From: the human T2T-CHM13v2.0 reference genome, Homo sapiens
DNA: 64,000 nucleotides
Assembly (NCBI RefSeq): GCF_009914755.1
Contig: NC_060930.1
Reading direction: 5' to 3' (one strand)
Each line of letters opens with the position of its first letter. Positions within the stretch are counted from its first letter, which is position 1. Position numbers and translations under genes: made by a program. The notes under the pieces were generated by a model. The model worked only from the letters and a program-made list of their open reading frames with translations. It was not told where the DNA came from and searched no databases. Of this stretch, positions 29,540 through 43,470 are shown piece by piece.

Positions 29540-30060
29540 TCCACACATATTTACTGGGTATTTACTATGGGCTGGCACTATTATATGTGATTGGGAATCA
29601 TTAGTGAAGAAAACAAAAAGATCCCTGTACTTGTGAAGCTTGCATTCTAGCAGAGGAGATAGGTAATGTACAATAACACAGCACATAAGTAAATTATATA
29701 TTAGAAGATGATAAGTGCTATGAAAAAAAAAATGTGGCATCAGGTAGGGGAGTGAGGAATGCCATGGTGGTTGGGGCAGAGATGGGCTGCAGTTTTTAGT
29801 AGCCTGGTCAGAATGGGCCTCACTAAGAAGGTATCATTTGAACAAAGACTTTAAAGAGGTGACAGTGTGAGCTATCTGGGTATGTGGGGAAAGAGCATTC
29901 CAGACACAGAAAACAGCCAGGGCAAGAGCCTTTAAGGCTAGAGGTTTCCGGAATGTTAAAAGCTGAAGCAGAGTAAGCAAAAGGGAGAATATTAGAAAAA
30001 CAAAACAAAACTATAAGGTAAGGTCCCCTTTGTTTACAAGGGGGAAGTGGATCATGGAAG
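29540..30060 (+). mobile_element. L2 remnant
   Basis: L2 3'-region motifs ('atttactgggtatttactatgggctggcact', 'gggaaagagcattccagacacaga'). Confidence 0.65.
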
Positions 30061-30073
30061 CTGGCCTTTTTGG

Positions 30074-32175
30074 CAGGGCTGGCTAAACTATTGTGGAGCC
30101 CAGTGCACAATGAAAATGCAGGGCCCCTTGTTGAAAAAGTAGAGGAAAAGTGCTGTTAAAGGTACCAAAATATAAAACTTTTTCCCTTAAAAACATTTTA
30201 GTATTTGTAATATAGGGATAACATAATTAGAGGAATAATAATAAATGAGTAAGGGATAAATTTCCAAATTGCAAAAATATAATATGTTGATGCTATAATT
30301 TTATACAATATAAAACAATAATACTTTATTAATATATCTTGACTGATCACACAAATTTCCTCGCTTACTTTTCTACATATTCATTTATTTGATCATTGAA
30401 GTTTATATTTTTAGCAACTTCATTTTCAATGGATATAATTGAAAGCAATGTCAATTATTTTTGATACATTCCAGCTCACAAATCATTTTTTCTGATTTTC
30501 ATTTTTATTTTTTAGCTTTTTAATTTTTGTGGGTCCATAGTAGGTGTAAATATTTAAGGCGATACATATGGCTATACAGCCATGCAATGCATAATGATCA
30601 CATCATGAAGAATGGGCATACATCCCCTCAAGCATTTATCCTTTGTATTACAAATAATCCAATTACACTCATTTAATTATTTTAAAATGTACACTTAAGT
30701 TATTATTGACTATAGTCACCCTGTTGTGCTATTCAATAGTAGGTCTTATTCATTCTTTCTATAAGGTTTGCTAACTTTTAATTTGGAGAAAGATCTTTCA
30801 GTTGATCTCAGTTATCACTAGAGCTAAGAGTATTTTATAAACTGTGACAACATTAAGGTAAATTTCTGTAAATTACTTCGAAATGTAAGTTTTAGTATGT
30901 TCAAGCTGATGATCCTTGCAAACTAATTTTTCTAAAAAGATTTAACCCTACATGCAAGTCAGTTTCATGGAAGTTTGAATTTTGTTTTAAATGTAAATAT
31001 ATACAATGCATTTTAATGTTTCCTATGATATTTCCTGTCACTTGTGGAGGTTGAACAAGAAACTGAAAGAAGCTTCATGGTAAGTTCATAATTCAAAACA
31101 CCTGCTTATGCATTCCCTCACTGTATCTACTATTACAAGAAAAAAATTAACTTCAAAATTGTCTTCCTTATTAATAATTGGTTCATCTGAAGTTTCACAT
31201 GAAAATGGTATCCATAATTTTAATTTTTTTTTTTTTTGAGTTGGAATCTTGTTCTGTCACCCAGGCTGGAGTGCAGTGGCACGATCTCGGCTCACTGCAA
31301 CCTCTGCCTCCCAGTTCAAGCCATTCTCATACCTCAACCTCCCAAGTAGCTGGGACTACAGGCACATGCCACCACACCCAGCTAACTTTTGTATTTTTTA
31401 GTAGAGACAGGGCCAAGCTGGTCTTGAACTCCTGACCTCAGGTGATCTGCCTGCCTCAGCCTCCCAAAGTGCTGGGATTAGAGGTGTGAGCCACCGCACC
31501 TAGCCTTTAAATTTAATTTTTATTTCTAAGCCTGTAGATATTTGCCTTACAAAGTTGCAGCAGTTTTCAAAACTGGTAATTCTAAATTCTGAAGAATTCT
31601 AACAACTTCTTGATATGTTTTATTGCGATGTTAACATGCACACTTTAATTTTGTAATAATTTACTGATCAAGTTTGCTGCCTGAGCTCCAAAAGTTTCTG
31701 TTCAGACACTCAGGACAAAGAGATTGGCTCTGGTACCTATGGGATAGCCACCTCCTAGGCAAGTCCTGGTCCAGCCCCCACGGGAAGCCCTGCTCTGGCA
31801 TGGCCACACTGCCACTTCTGCTCATGCTGTCACAGCTGCTACCACCAATCTGGGTCCAGGTTCCAGGATATCCTCCTGCTGGGGTCCCCATGGTATCCTG
31901 GACTGCTCTGAGGTGTATACAGCGGGCCAAATGCTATTGCGTGGATGCTGCTCTGTGCCCGAGCCTGCCTGCGCACAAACTGCTGCTGGAGCATAACAAC
32001 TTGCGTGTGCTGCTGCTCCACAGATCTCCCCTGTTCAGGTTTATGCTTTGTTGTCTCACAGGACTTCACTTACAAAACATACGTTCAAAGATAAAATTGT
32101 TAAGAATTTCAAGACAGCAACCGCTGAGCATTAAAACAAATGGACTGCACGAGGCCCAGGCCTAGGAAGCCAGAG
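30074..32175 (-). mobile_element. MER45-family (MER45R-like, hAT-Tip100) element interrupted by an L1MA-like 3' fragment (~30500-30762) and an Alu (~31203-31505)
   Basis: Both MER45-type ends are present ('cagggctggctaaac...gcccagtgcacaatgaaaatgcagggccccttgtt' and 'ttaagaatttcaagacagc...gagcattaaa...gaagccag'), enclosing AT-rich internal sequence. Confidence 0.65.
31203..31505 (-). mobile_element. AluS element with a 14-nt internal deletion
   Basis: Dimeric Alu lacking aacatggtgaaacc in the left arm. Confidence 0.9.
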
Positions 32176-34822
32176 TTCCTTCTAGGCCATCACAAGGAGC
32201 TGGCTTTTTCTCTGAGTGAAATATGGAGCCACTGAAGGGTTCTGAGCAGAGAAGTAACATCATATCCTTCACCTGCAGTCACTAGTGAAGAATATTGGTT
32301 TTGCATTTCACACTAGAGACTAGGCTCAATAAAATCCTCTGATTCAAGCATTAAACTTCATTTACACAACTATTATTTTGCTTTTGGACATTCAATATGA
32401 ACTCAAAAGGAATTTCTCAATCTTTACTCAGGTCAACAAATTTGGTATACACAAAATAGATCAAGTCTACTTATAAAATGTGGCCCTGATTTAATTAGAT
32501 GCTTCTGATATAATGAATAAAAACCAACAAGAAGGAAGGTAATTGTAAGAATATGAGGGCATGTGGAAATGGGAATTTCCTCCAGACTTCCAGATCTCTT
32601 AGGACCCTTCTCCTTGTTTACCTTTGTCTAGTATAGCCTCTGCTGATTCCTAACTGTCATCTCCTTGTCCATAGTGATCCTTCCAGACTCTCATTCTCTC
32701 TACCTGAATGCCTTTCAGCTTCTGTTCCTGGTAATAGCCTGATTTGTCCAGATTTTCCCAGTTCACACCGCCAAGAGTGATAGTCTGATGGCCCCAGCTC
32801 ATTTCTATTTGGGCAATGCTTCTAGCCCCTAGATTGACCTCCTATACCATAAGCAGGCAGCCTTTGTTTTGCTGCCCTTGACTCAGATTCCTTCGGCCAT
32901 GGCTGCAGACGACAGTGTCACAGGATCACAACATAGTTCCACTGGAAACTGGGTAGAACATTTTTCCTTATCAAAAGCTGTGAGGACTGTAAGTATGGCA
33001 ATGACATAATTGGATGCTTGCCCAATATGTCTCTCACACAACTTAATATCTTTCATTTCAGTGTATTGCTGTGCCTGAAATTGGACTAATTTTGGTAAAC
33101 AAAAATCTTTTTCTCCAGGCTGGTCTTGAATTCCTGGGCTCAAACGATCCTCCCACCTCAGCCTCCCGAAGTGGTGGAATTGTAGGCATGAGCCACCAAG
33201 GCAGTCAGGATCTTTCTGTTAATAACACAAATTCCTTTAAGAAAGTTAGACTTATTTGCAGTGCTTGATATACAGCTGACACTCAGTAAATATTAGCAGA
33301 ATGAATGTCAAATGAAGTTTCATATATCTAATTTAATTATTTTCCTCTGAGAACAGCTACACTGAATGAAGAAATTTTATAAACAAAAGGAAGAAATGTC
33401 ATTTAGTGCATTCAAAAATTTGACAGAGCATGGGAGTTGGATGCAGTAGGTAAAGTACTTGGGCATCTGGAGCACAGGAGAAAAAACTCAGGAGGTGAGC
33501 AGTAAAAGGGAAAGTTGCCTTTCATTTCCCAACTCCACCCCACCCCCATTTCCACCCCCCGGCCACCAAGACAAAATCCACCAACCCCCCCCCCCCCAAC
33601 TCCCGGCCACCAAGACAAAACAAACATCTCAATTTTGCCTATTTGTCATGGCCACAAGGAAAGAGTTAACACTGTTGACTGCTACTGAAAGGTAAAATGG
33701 GATGAAGACTGAACAAAGCCCACTGATTCAGTGACATGAACATCATTAGTGAATTTAGCAAGGATGATTTCAATGAAATTGAATGAAACACATAAATGCT
33801 GATAAAGCAATTTAAGAAACAAAAGACTATGAAAGGAAGATCTATTCTAGTTTCAGCTCCACAACCTAATTACTGGGTAACCCCGCAGAAACCAATTAAA
33901 TGCTCAGGGTCCCGTTTTTCATCTAAAATGGGAATAATAATATCTATCAACCCATAGGGTCATTATAAAAATTAGGTGAGATAATATACGTGAAACTGCT
34001 CTTATATTGGCAAAGCTTTATATAAAATAATATATATTCTTAGTGTTATCAATTAATAAGTAAATTTGTTCCTATTATTTAGCAAGAATTACACTAAAAA
34101 TTCTGACCAGAAACACATGGCCTAGTATAAAAGTAAGGCTCAAATTCACTGACAATGATAGAAACTCTGCTAAAAGTGCTCTGCTCCAAGTAAAGGAACT
34201 TTTAAATGAAGATATTTAGATCTGCAAGTGATAAAGCACGAGATAAATTTACTGCTGTATATTCTCCAACCATTCTAACAACATATTTTCAGTATGATTT
34301 TGCTTTTGCCAGTCAATTATAAAGTCAAATAACTATAGTAAAAATCTTGCCAGTTGTAATCAATCACTACACATTTGTATAGGAAGGATTTTCCAGAACA
34401 CCTTGCTTTCTACTTGTGTTCTTTCTATATCTCTCTTTTGGAGGCTATCAAGGTGAGAAATAATAACTAGAAATATCTTTGGTTTATTTGTAAGTGTATC
34501 CTCAAGTCCTGAATTGAAGATCTGATATAAAATTGCAAACTTTTTGGTGCCTCGGGAGAAACCAAATCTAAAAAGAGTTAAGGGGGAAAAAAATCATACA
34601 GAAAAACATTCATAACTTGGTAAAATTCTGAATTGGGATGAAAATCCTTTTCTATAAAAATGTCGGTGGGGAGCCAAAAATGGATGATAGCTAATACTCA
34701 TTGAGCATGCACTATGTACTTACTGAGCAATCACATATACTGGGGCATGTGATTTTCACGTACAGCTCATTGGATTGTCATGGCAAATGAGGTAGATATT
34801 ACAGTATCATTTTCCCCACTTA

Positions 34823-35194
<372 letters not shown>

Positions 35195-35661
35195 TTAAAG
35201 TTGGGATCTGAACTGCACTTATATGGCTCCAAAGTCCCTGCTCTTAGTCAATGTGTTATATGGTCTCCCCCAATTATATCTTTAGAGAAAATGTTCAGCT
35301 TTCTGAAAATAATCTGTTAAGCACCTAACTTAGTCTAAATAGTTTCAGACTTCTCTTAACTTGTAACGTTCCTGTGAATGTTAACTATAGTGCTTTAAAT
35401 CAAGAGTGGGTCCCTTCTGAGCATGGGGCCCTGTGTTATGACATAGGTCTCATGTATATGAAGCCGGTTCTGGCTTTAGGATAAGGTGCTTTAATTTATT
35501 TTAGAAATAAGTGGGAGGTAAATTATAAACAAACAAATACCAATTTCGGAATTGTAAAGTCGTTTAGAGCACATCTTGGATCTCTGAGGAAGATACTAAC
35601 AACAAATACCACTGGTATCATCTGTCCCTATCTGCATCACCCCACAGCCTAGCTGTAGGCC

Positions 35662-35835
35662 TAGGTGAGTGAATCTCAAACCTTAGTGTGCATCAGAATC
35701 ACCTGGAGGGCTTGTTAAACTACAGATAGTTCTGATTCAATAGGTCTGGGTGAGGCCTGAGAATGTGCATTTCTAACAAGTGCCCAGGTAACATTGATGC
35801 TGCTGGGTTACGGACCACACTTTGAGAACCGCTGG
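35662..35835. mobile_element. MER5A hAT-Charlie fossil
   Basis: 'catcagaatcacctggagggcttgttaaa...gcatttctaacaag...ggaccacactttgagaacc'. Confidence 0.8.
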
Positions 35836-36139
35836 CCTAGACAAAAGAGCAGGTGTCTATATAGCGTGATTTTAGTCATTGAAAAGATCTCTGTCCAAAA
35901 AGTACTTCAGGAAGGAAACAGAAATAAAACTCACTTTATAAGAAATAAAGCCCATCACTGTGCATTTAAGCAATAAAGGGAAGGCTGACAGGTGCTAAAG
36001 GATCATCCTCTATCTGCCAATTCTCTTCCTCAACAAATACTCAGAGTATCTAATAGACACCTGACACTATTCTAGGAGCCAGGAACACTACAGTGAACAA
36101 AGGTAAAGAGGAGACCTTGCCTCCATGAAGTTTAATTCA

Positions 36140-36470
36140 CACACAGGTGAGGCTCAAAGTGCCATGATGTGAACACCCCAGAAGCAGCCTTCAACCAATA
36201 ATGGGCAGGAGTGGTCAAGTACCCTGGCTTCTTTGCCCCTTGGGTGGGACAACTCTGAGACATGTTCCTAACAGTTCCCCAGTGGGTACCAGTAGAAATA
36301 AGTCCCAGTTGCTTACAGTGGTAACCTGCTCCTTAAAGGACCCTACCTTCCTTTCCTTCGCTTTCTCACTTCCCTACTGCACTCCTGGTGCTTCCTGAAC
36401 TCACCTCCCAAACAAATTACTTTCCCTGGAATCCTAGCCTCAGGATCTGCTTCTGGTGGCACCAGCTTAA
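36140..36470. mobile_element. LTR16-like ERVL LTR fragment
   Basis: 'ccccagaagcagccttcaaccaat...ccccttgggtgggacaactctgag' resembles LTR16. Confidence 0.55.
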
Positions 36471-39400
36471 GAGATGTCTCTTCATGCTGCAGAATCAGTG
36501 CATCTCCGATCCACTGGTTCGTCTCTTTTATTATCTTAGGAAACCCCCAACTAACTTTTTAATCCAAGTAACGCTTTTTATTTTACCGCTGACCCAGTAA
36601 TTTTCACCCCTTGCATATACAATATTCTGTCAAGGAATCCTACTTCTTACAATCAAATAGCTTCATGCAACTCTTATGCTTTTTTTTCTGTAGGTATTTT
36701 ATCAAAAATTATGAATAACTTGTAGTTATTATTGCAAAAATGATAGTATGCAATTTCTTGATCAATTATTCTTAAGAAGAGAAACCGAGATTTAGGCTCA
36801 CTTTTTACCTACAGTAATAAAATCTGTGTTTGAAATGTGCATCTTTAATACATTCTATACTGGTTACATCAACTGCTGTTGTTTTATTCACATTCAACAG
36901 CTGTAGGTAGAATGGGAATATTATCCCCTTCCTTGTTAAGTCCTTGATGGAGCTTGTCAAGGTCATCATCTTGTATAATTACATGGCTTTAAGCTGATAT
37001 GTTAGTGTCCCTGTTTTTAATCATAAGACCATGTTCTCAGTTGAAAATGTAATTTTAAAATTGTCACACTTAAAAGTTTAGATTTAAGTATAATTGTAAA
37101 GTCACAAAAGCCAGAAATGTGATGTCATCAGGAAATTCAGCATAGCAGCAAGTAAAGCCAAGTGCAGGTACATGTTTATAAACAACGCATCTGGCAAAGT
37201 GCAACTGTGGCCAGAAGTTGAACAGATTTAGGGAACAGGCAATGAGTTTTTGTACAATTCAGTGGTGAATAACGTTTCCTGTAAACTTGGAAAAAAAACA
37301 AAATGTCACTGGTGTTTTTGTGAATTTCAGATGGGATTAGCTTTATTGAATCCCCTGGGGGAGAAGTTCCAGTGCAATAACTGAGATTGCCTAATTTACA
37401 GAATAGAAGAATATCACAGAACAAATGTCACTAAAATTTTTATAACTGAGGATTTTCTTACTGCTTTATTTTGAAATAATGATAAATTTACAGGAAGTCA
37501 TAAAGAGAGTATAGAATAGTTCTCTGGACCCCATTTGCCCCAGTGGTTACATATTGCATAACTGTAGTACATTTTCAAAACCAGGAAATTGACATTGGTA
37601 GAATGTATGTGTATAGTTCTATGCCATTTTCTCACATGTGTAGAATTAAGCAATCACCACTGCCATCAAAATACAGAACTATTCTATCACTATAGAAATC
37701 TACTGGTGTTAACATTTTACCAGTTTGAATGAAGTGTAGAAACCTTACTTCCCTTAGGGCCCCCTTCTCTTTAAAACACATAGGGGTGGAGTCACGGGTT
37801 TTTCCATGGTATCTGGACGGAGTAAGGCAACTAGTATCTACAAGTTTTCTGTCTTGCTAGGCTGCCAGTCCCCTGGCCCTCTTGCTAGAGACAGTAGACT
37901 CTTCTTGAGGATTTTGTCTGAGCCCACTGGTGTTTCTGGGTGTCTGGTTTCTCCAGCATCCAATCTGGGCAGGGTGGTTAAGTGTCCCCGCTCTGTGCAG
38001 ATATATGAGGGGAAAAATCCAAGGGGATTCACCATTCTGTCACTTCTCAGGTCCTGAGGTCTCTAGCTAGGCTATCTTCTCTTCAACTTTCAGAGTCATG
38101 TTTCTTTGTATATGACGTCCAGAGTCTTTAGCTGTACTTAGTAAGGGGAATAGAGAGAAGTGTGTCTACTCTATCTTGGTCTGGAACCAGAGGTCACTAA
38201 GCATGTTTTTTGAGTGGCAAAGAAATTAAAGATTTCTAATTTTTTCATCCCTTACATTGAATAGGGCACTGACGCTTGTAAAGCACATTGTTTCTTTTCA
38301 TCTTTAAAACAACCTTGTAAACTTGGTGTTATTAGCATCCCCTTTCTCAGAAGGGATAACTGATTCAGAAGTGATATGTCTGATTCAGAGTCACATAGGG
38401 AGTTAGTCACAGGGCTAGGGCCAGAATTGGATTATTTGACTTGATGCCAAATATTTTGAGCCAGAAAAGGTAAAACCATGAGTACACAGAAGTGAATAAC
38501 TAAGATTTTTTTAATCCTCTTTTGTGAGGCTTTTTCTCCCTATTCTGTCCTCCTTGTCTTGAAAGAGCAGGATCTCTTCTCTGGTTGGATTAGCAGAACT
38601 GGGTGTGCTAGGCAACCCACGGCATTATCAGCAAAGCCTGTTTCCTAAAGAGCAACAGGCAAAAGTCCTGCTGGGCAATGACCTTGGCACAACTGAGAGT
38701 GTGGTACTGCCCCCTGCCATGAGAAAATCCCCTGCATCAAGCCTTGGCCTCCCACCCAGCAAGAGCTCATGTGCAAAAGTTGTCAAGCACATCCTTCTCC
38801 AAACCTGAGAGGGTAGCGTCCCTTTACAGTAAGAAGAGAGTGAAGGAAAAGAGAAATCTTCTTACTATAAATTGAAAGGCTGCTCCTGATAATGTTCATC
38901 ACTGGTGAAATCAAAGGTTAACCAGTGGTGGCTCATAATGACTAATAGCTTTCCAAAAGCCAACCTCATTGGCCTTATTGTAGTGTAGGTGCCTTAGCTG
39001 TTCAGCACCAGCTACTGGGACTGTGTCATAGCATAGCCAGTCCTCCTGCCAGTGCACATTCTATTCATTTTGGTCAAACCATCATGCTCTTACAAAACAT
39101 TGAATTTCCAAATTTTTGCAAAATTACTCACTGCACATAAAGTAAATTTCCTACACCCCAAGCTTTTAGGTAAAACATAGATTGGCTCTATTAGAAAACT
39201 GGAATTCTGCAAACTTGCAGATGTGTGCTAAGACCTCACAAATGTCTAGACTTCATAGTTTTCCTCCCTAAGTCTTTGAATGAAATGGGCACTCAAGGAT
39301 AATGTACTATTTTTGCTTGAAGCTTCAGGTATTCTCTGATAGCCTACCACATATTCCAGAGATTGATGCACTTCAGTTTGAGAAGCACAACACTAGATAA

Positions 39401-39722
39401 AAAAAAAAAAACAAATAAAACAAGACGCTCTTTTGTATACTGCAATACCATAGACATTTGTAGACTTCTTAAATCTTACCTTTATAAAAAAATTCATCCA
39501 GAAATTAATGAGCAAAATTCAGATGACAAAAGGCAGTTTTGACAATGTTACTAATCAACCCAAATAGATTTCAAAGACACCTGAGATTAGAAGAGGCATC
39601 ATGATGAAGCACTTCCTAGTGGAAATGTACTAAATAATAAATAACCACAAAGATTATTTTACTTTATTTCCAATAATACAAAGTTCAAGCTTTACTATTT
39701 CTCCCCATACATGCAGTCCTAT

Positions 39723-40079
39723 ACAGCTTTGGTCCCCGCCATTTTTGGCACCAGGGACTGGTTTTGTGGAAGACAATTTTTCCACCAAATAATTGTGTGT
39801 TGTCGGAGGGATGGTTTTGGGATGAAACTGTTCCGCCCCAGATCATCAGGCATTAGTTAGATTCTCATAAGGAGTGTGTAACCTAGATTGCTCGCATGCA
39901 CAGTTCACAATAGGGTTTGTGCTCCTATGAGGATCTAATGCCGCAGCTGATCTGACAGGAGGTGGAGCTCAGGCAGTAATGCTCCCTCCACCAGCACTCA
40001 CCTCCTACTGTGTGGCCCAGTTCCTAACAGGCCACAGACTGGTACCGGTGCGTGGCCTGGGGCTTTGGGGACCCCTGCT
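39723..40079 (+). mobile_element. MER1B hAT-Charlie fossil
   Basis: 'tttttggcaccagggactggttttgtggaagacaatttttccac...gcagttcacaatagggtttgtgctcctatga...ggggacccctg'. Confidence 0.8.
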
Positions 40080-40599
40080 ACATAGTCATGCACATAATAT
40101 CACTGGTTTGGACGAAGTAGAAAAGATGTCTAAATTGGTGAGATTCCTGAATTACAGAATTTTGGACAGAAATGTGATTAGTTTTATTTAGCCTTAATTG
40201 CATACAGTAACCAGAATTAAGTTACCATGTGTTAACCCAGTAGAATAACTTTAAAGGGCTAGTTTAAAGTGGTCAGATTTTATGTTGGGAATGTGTTCTT
40301 GAAGGCTAATCTTCACTAGGAATAGCGGACATTTCTGTTTAATATCTGAAGTGGTATAGTGTCTATTCAAAGGCCTGCCAAATTATGTAATTCTTAAAAA
40401 TTTGATTTTCAATGTATGGGGATACATTACTTTAAATATTGTGCATAAATGACACTTTATTTTATCAGTATTTTATGTTTTACCATTTCAAAGTCATACA
40501 ATTTGCATAAAATATAAACATCCTGTATACAGCATATTTAAAGTCAATGAAAAAAGTGATTCCCTCCCCAGGCTCTTAAATAAGTCAATTTGCTTAACA

Positions 40600-42910
40600 A
40601 CACTCTCCTACAGAGATGAATGAGAAGAAAATGTGAATCTGCCCCCAACTGTCTATTCACTGGTGCAGTACATGTTTCTGCAGAGGAGAAGCTTGGATTA
40701 GGGACAGTAAGATACTCCTAGCACCCTGGAGGAAAGAGGGCCTCACGCCTAGCAAATAAACACACCATGCCCTCAGCACATGCCATCCCTTCCCCATAGA
40801 CACATGGGTAGGCCACAGTGAACAGAAACAGCATGCTCAAACAGACAAACGCATTCTCAAATGACAGGGATAAGCCCACCTCTAAGAATCACCAGTATCT
40901 GAGGGAAATCTGCACCAGGAAAGTGAGGCACCAAACTCATCAGAAGAACATGCACATAAAGAAAAAGAAGACAGAAAAAAAAAAAAAACCCAGTGTTTCA
41001 AAAGATCATTATCTTCAGAGGGAAAGGGAGGATACCACATTCACAAGCAAGAATAGACTTTTTCATTTCCTAGAAATGAAAAATAATAGCAAAAATTAAA
41101 AAATTTAGAGGGATAAAGAAGAATTCACCACTGAAAAGCAAATTACCACGCTGGAAGTCTGTGCTGACAAATTCTTGCAGAACTCAGAACCACAGGGCAA
41201 AGAGAGGAGAACTATGAATGGGAAGTTGTAATATTTGAAGGATAGGACTGCAAGGTCCAGAAATAAAGAATAGATATGTTAGAGGTAAGAAAATTATTTA
41301 GGAGGCCGAGGTGGGAGGATCGCCTGAGCCCAGGAGTTTGAGACCAGTCTGAGACCCCATCTCTATAAAAAATTCAAAAAATTAGCCGAGTGTGGTAGCA
41401 TGCATGTGTAATTTCAACTACTCGGGAGGCCTTGAGGCAGGAGGATCGTTTAAGTCCAGCAGATCAAGGCTGCAGTGAGCTGTGATCATGCCACTGCACT
41501 CCAGCCTGGGCAAAAGAGTGAGACTATGTCTCAAAAACTAAAAATTAAAAAATTAAATAATAAATAAATAAATAAAAATGAGATCACTTTAAAAAAAAAA
41601 GAAAGAATTTTTTTTAATTACCAAAGAAATGGTCCATGTGATGACCCTTGAATCTGAGTTTTCAGATTGAAATAGCTGACTGAGAGATAAGAATACATGA
41701 AAAAAAAATCCTTACCTAGACTCATTAATATCAAATTTCATAAAAACAAAAAAAGAAAAAAATCCTAAAAACACCTGGAAAGTAAAAAAAAAAAAAAAAA
41801 AAAGTATGTCTAAAAAGAAATAAGAATCAGATTGGCATGGACATCTTTTCAACAACCCTGTATGCAAAGAGACAATGAAGCAGTATCTTCACAGTTTGGA
41901 GAGGAAAGAACTATTAACACAGAGTGCTATACCCAGTCAAATGGCTGGGTATAGCAGCCTCAACCTGCTGGGCTTAAGTGATCCTCCCACCCGAACCTCC
42001 TGAGTAGTTGGAACTATAGGCATGCACCACCATGCCCAGCTGATTTTTAAAATTATTTACAGAGACAAAAATCTCACTATGTTGCCCAGGCTGGTCTTGA
42101 ACTCCTGGGCTCATTTAACTGTGAAGGGAAAGGAAAGACTTCAGAAAGTTCCCCAGTCCTGAATTTTTTCTAAGAGGTTATTAGAGGATGATTACCAAAA
42201 GGAATCTAAGAATTAGACATGAATACAAGAAACAGTGATAGACAAAGAAATAGGTATAACTTTGAGATAATTAAAATAAATGTTAATAAAAATTAATAAT
42301 AATAATTCAGACAGAAATATCAGTTGATCTCCACAGTGGAAGTTGTAGAGGTATAGGAGAGGCAAAGTAAAAGTATCCTAACATTCTTGACTAGAGAAAA
42401 GACAGAGAGAGCAAGACAGAGACAGAGACAAAGTTTTTGATATTGAGAAAAATACAAATGTTTAAATATCTGAATTTAAACTAGAGCTGTTGAAGTACAA
42501 TGTACAACTTGAGAAAGAAAATGGAAGCAGCAACAACAGTCAAACCAACAAAAAGCAAGAAAGGAAAAAAAATTAGGGAGTATAATAAAGAGGAGAAAGA
42601 AAATAACATAGGAGGAATAGCTCCAAATTATGGCGATCATAAAAAAGATAAACTGGTTAAAGTAACTAATTAAAGATCAAGAACTGTGGGTTTAGCTAAA
42701 AAGGCAAAAGCAGCTATATTTTATTTATCAGGCCCATTCTTAAAAACCAAATGTCACAAGGCAGTTGACTAGGAGAAGGAGAAAGACAAGACAAAGGCTG
42801 ACAGAAAAAAATAGCAAAACTAATTTCAGGAAAAAAAAAAGAATACAAGGAGAAAAGTAATAAAAAGGATAAAGAGGAATATTTCTTATTGATAAAAGAT
42901 AAAACCCACC
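40600..42910 (+). mobile_element. Old L1M remnant carrying an Alu (~41299-41578, +) and an internal Alu fragment (~41954-42113, -)
   Basis: A-rich ORF1-like remnants ('agaatcagattggcatggacatcttttcaacaac') and recognisable Alu sequences. Confidence 0.6.
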
Positions 42911-43088
42911 GGGACCAACTTGAGCTGCTTGGATAAAAGTGCTCTTGCCTGTCGTTTTTGAAACCTTGTTATCATGGAGTTTATCACATCAGTGAATAAA
43001 ACGAAGCCCCTGCCTTCATGGAGCTTTGTTTTAGTGGAGGCAAATAGACACAAAAACTAATATAGAATTAAACTATATAATATGTCAG

Positions 43089-43470
43089 GGCCAGGTGCGG
43101 TGGCTCACACCTGTAATCCTAGCACTTTGGGAGGCCGAGGTGGGTGGATCACGAGGTCAGGAGTTCAAGACCAGCCTGGCCAAGATGGTGAAACCCCATC
43201 TCACAAGACAGAAAACCAAACACCGCATGTTCTCACTCATAGGTGGGAATTGAACAATGAAAACACTTGGACACAGGGTGGGGAACATCACACCCCAGAG
43301 CCTGTCATGTGGTTGGGGACAGGGGGAGGAATAGCATTAGGAGAAATACCTAATGTAAATGACGAGTTAATGGGTGCAGCAAACCAACATGGCACGTGTA
43401 TACCTATGTAACAAACCTGCACGTTGCGCACATGTACCCTAGAACTTAAAGTAAAATAATAATTTAAAAA
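43089..43470 (+). mobile_element. Chimeric element: Alu left arm (43089-~43202) fused to an L1PA 3' end (~43201-43470), inserted in an L2
   Basis: Alu 5' sequence runs to 'gaaaccccatctc', then switches to L1 'tcacaagacagaaaaccaaacaccgcatg...ccctagaacttaaagta'; atgtcag is repeated on both flanks. Confidence 0.85.

Noticed and set aside
31674-32165. 163-aa ORF, the longest in the window
   Set aside because: It has a non-ATG start, lies inside a MER45-family element and shows no recognisable domain or splice structure.
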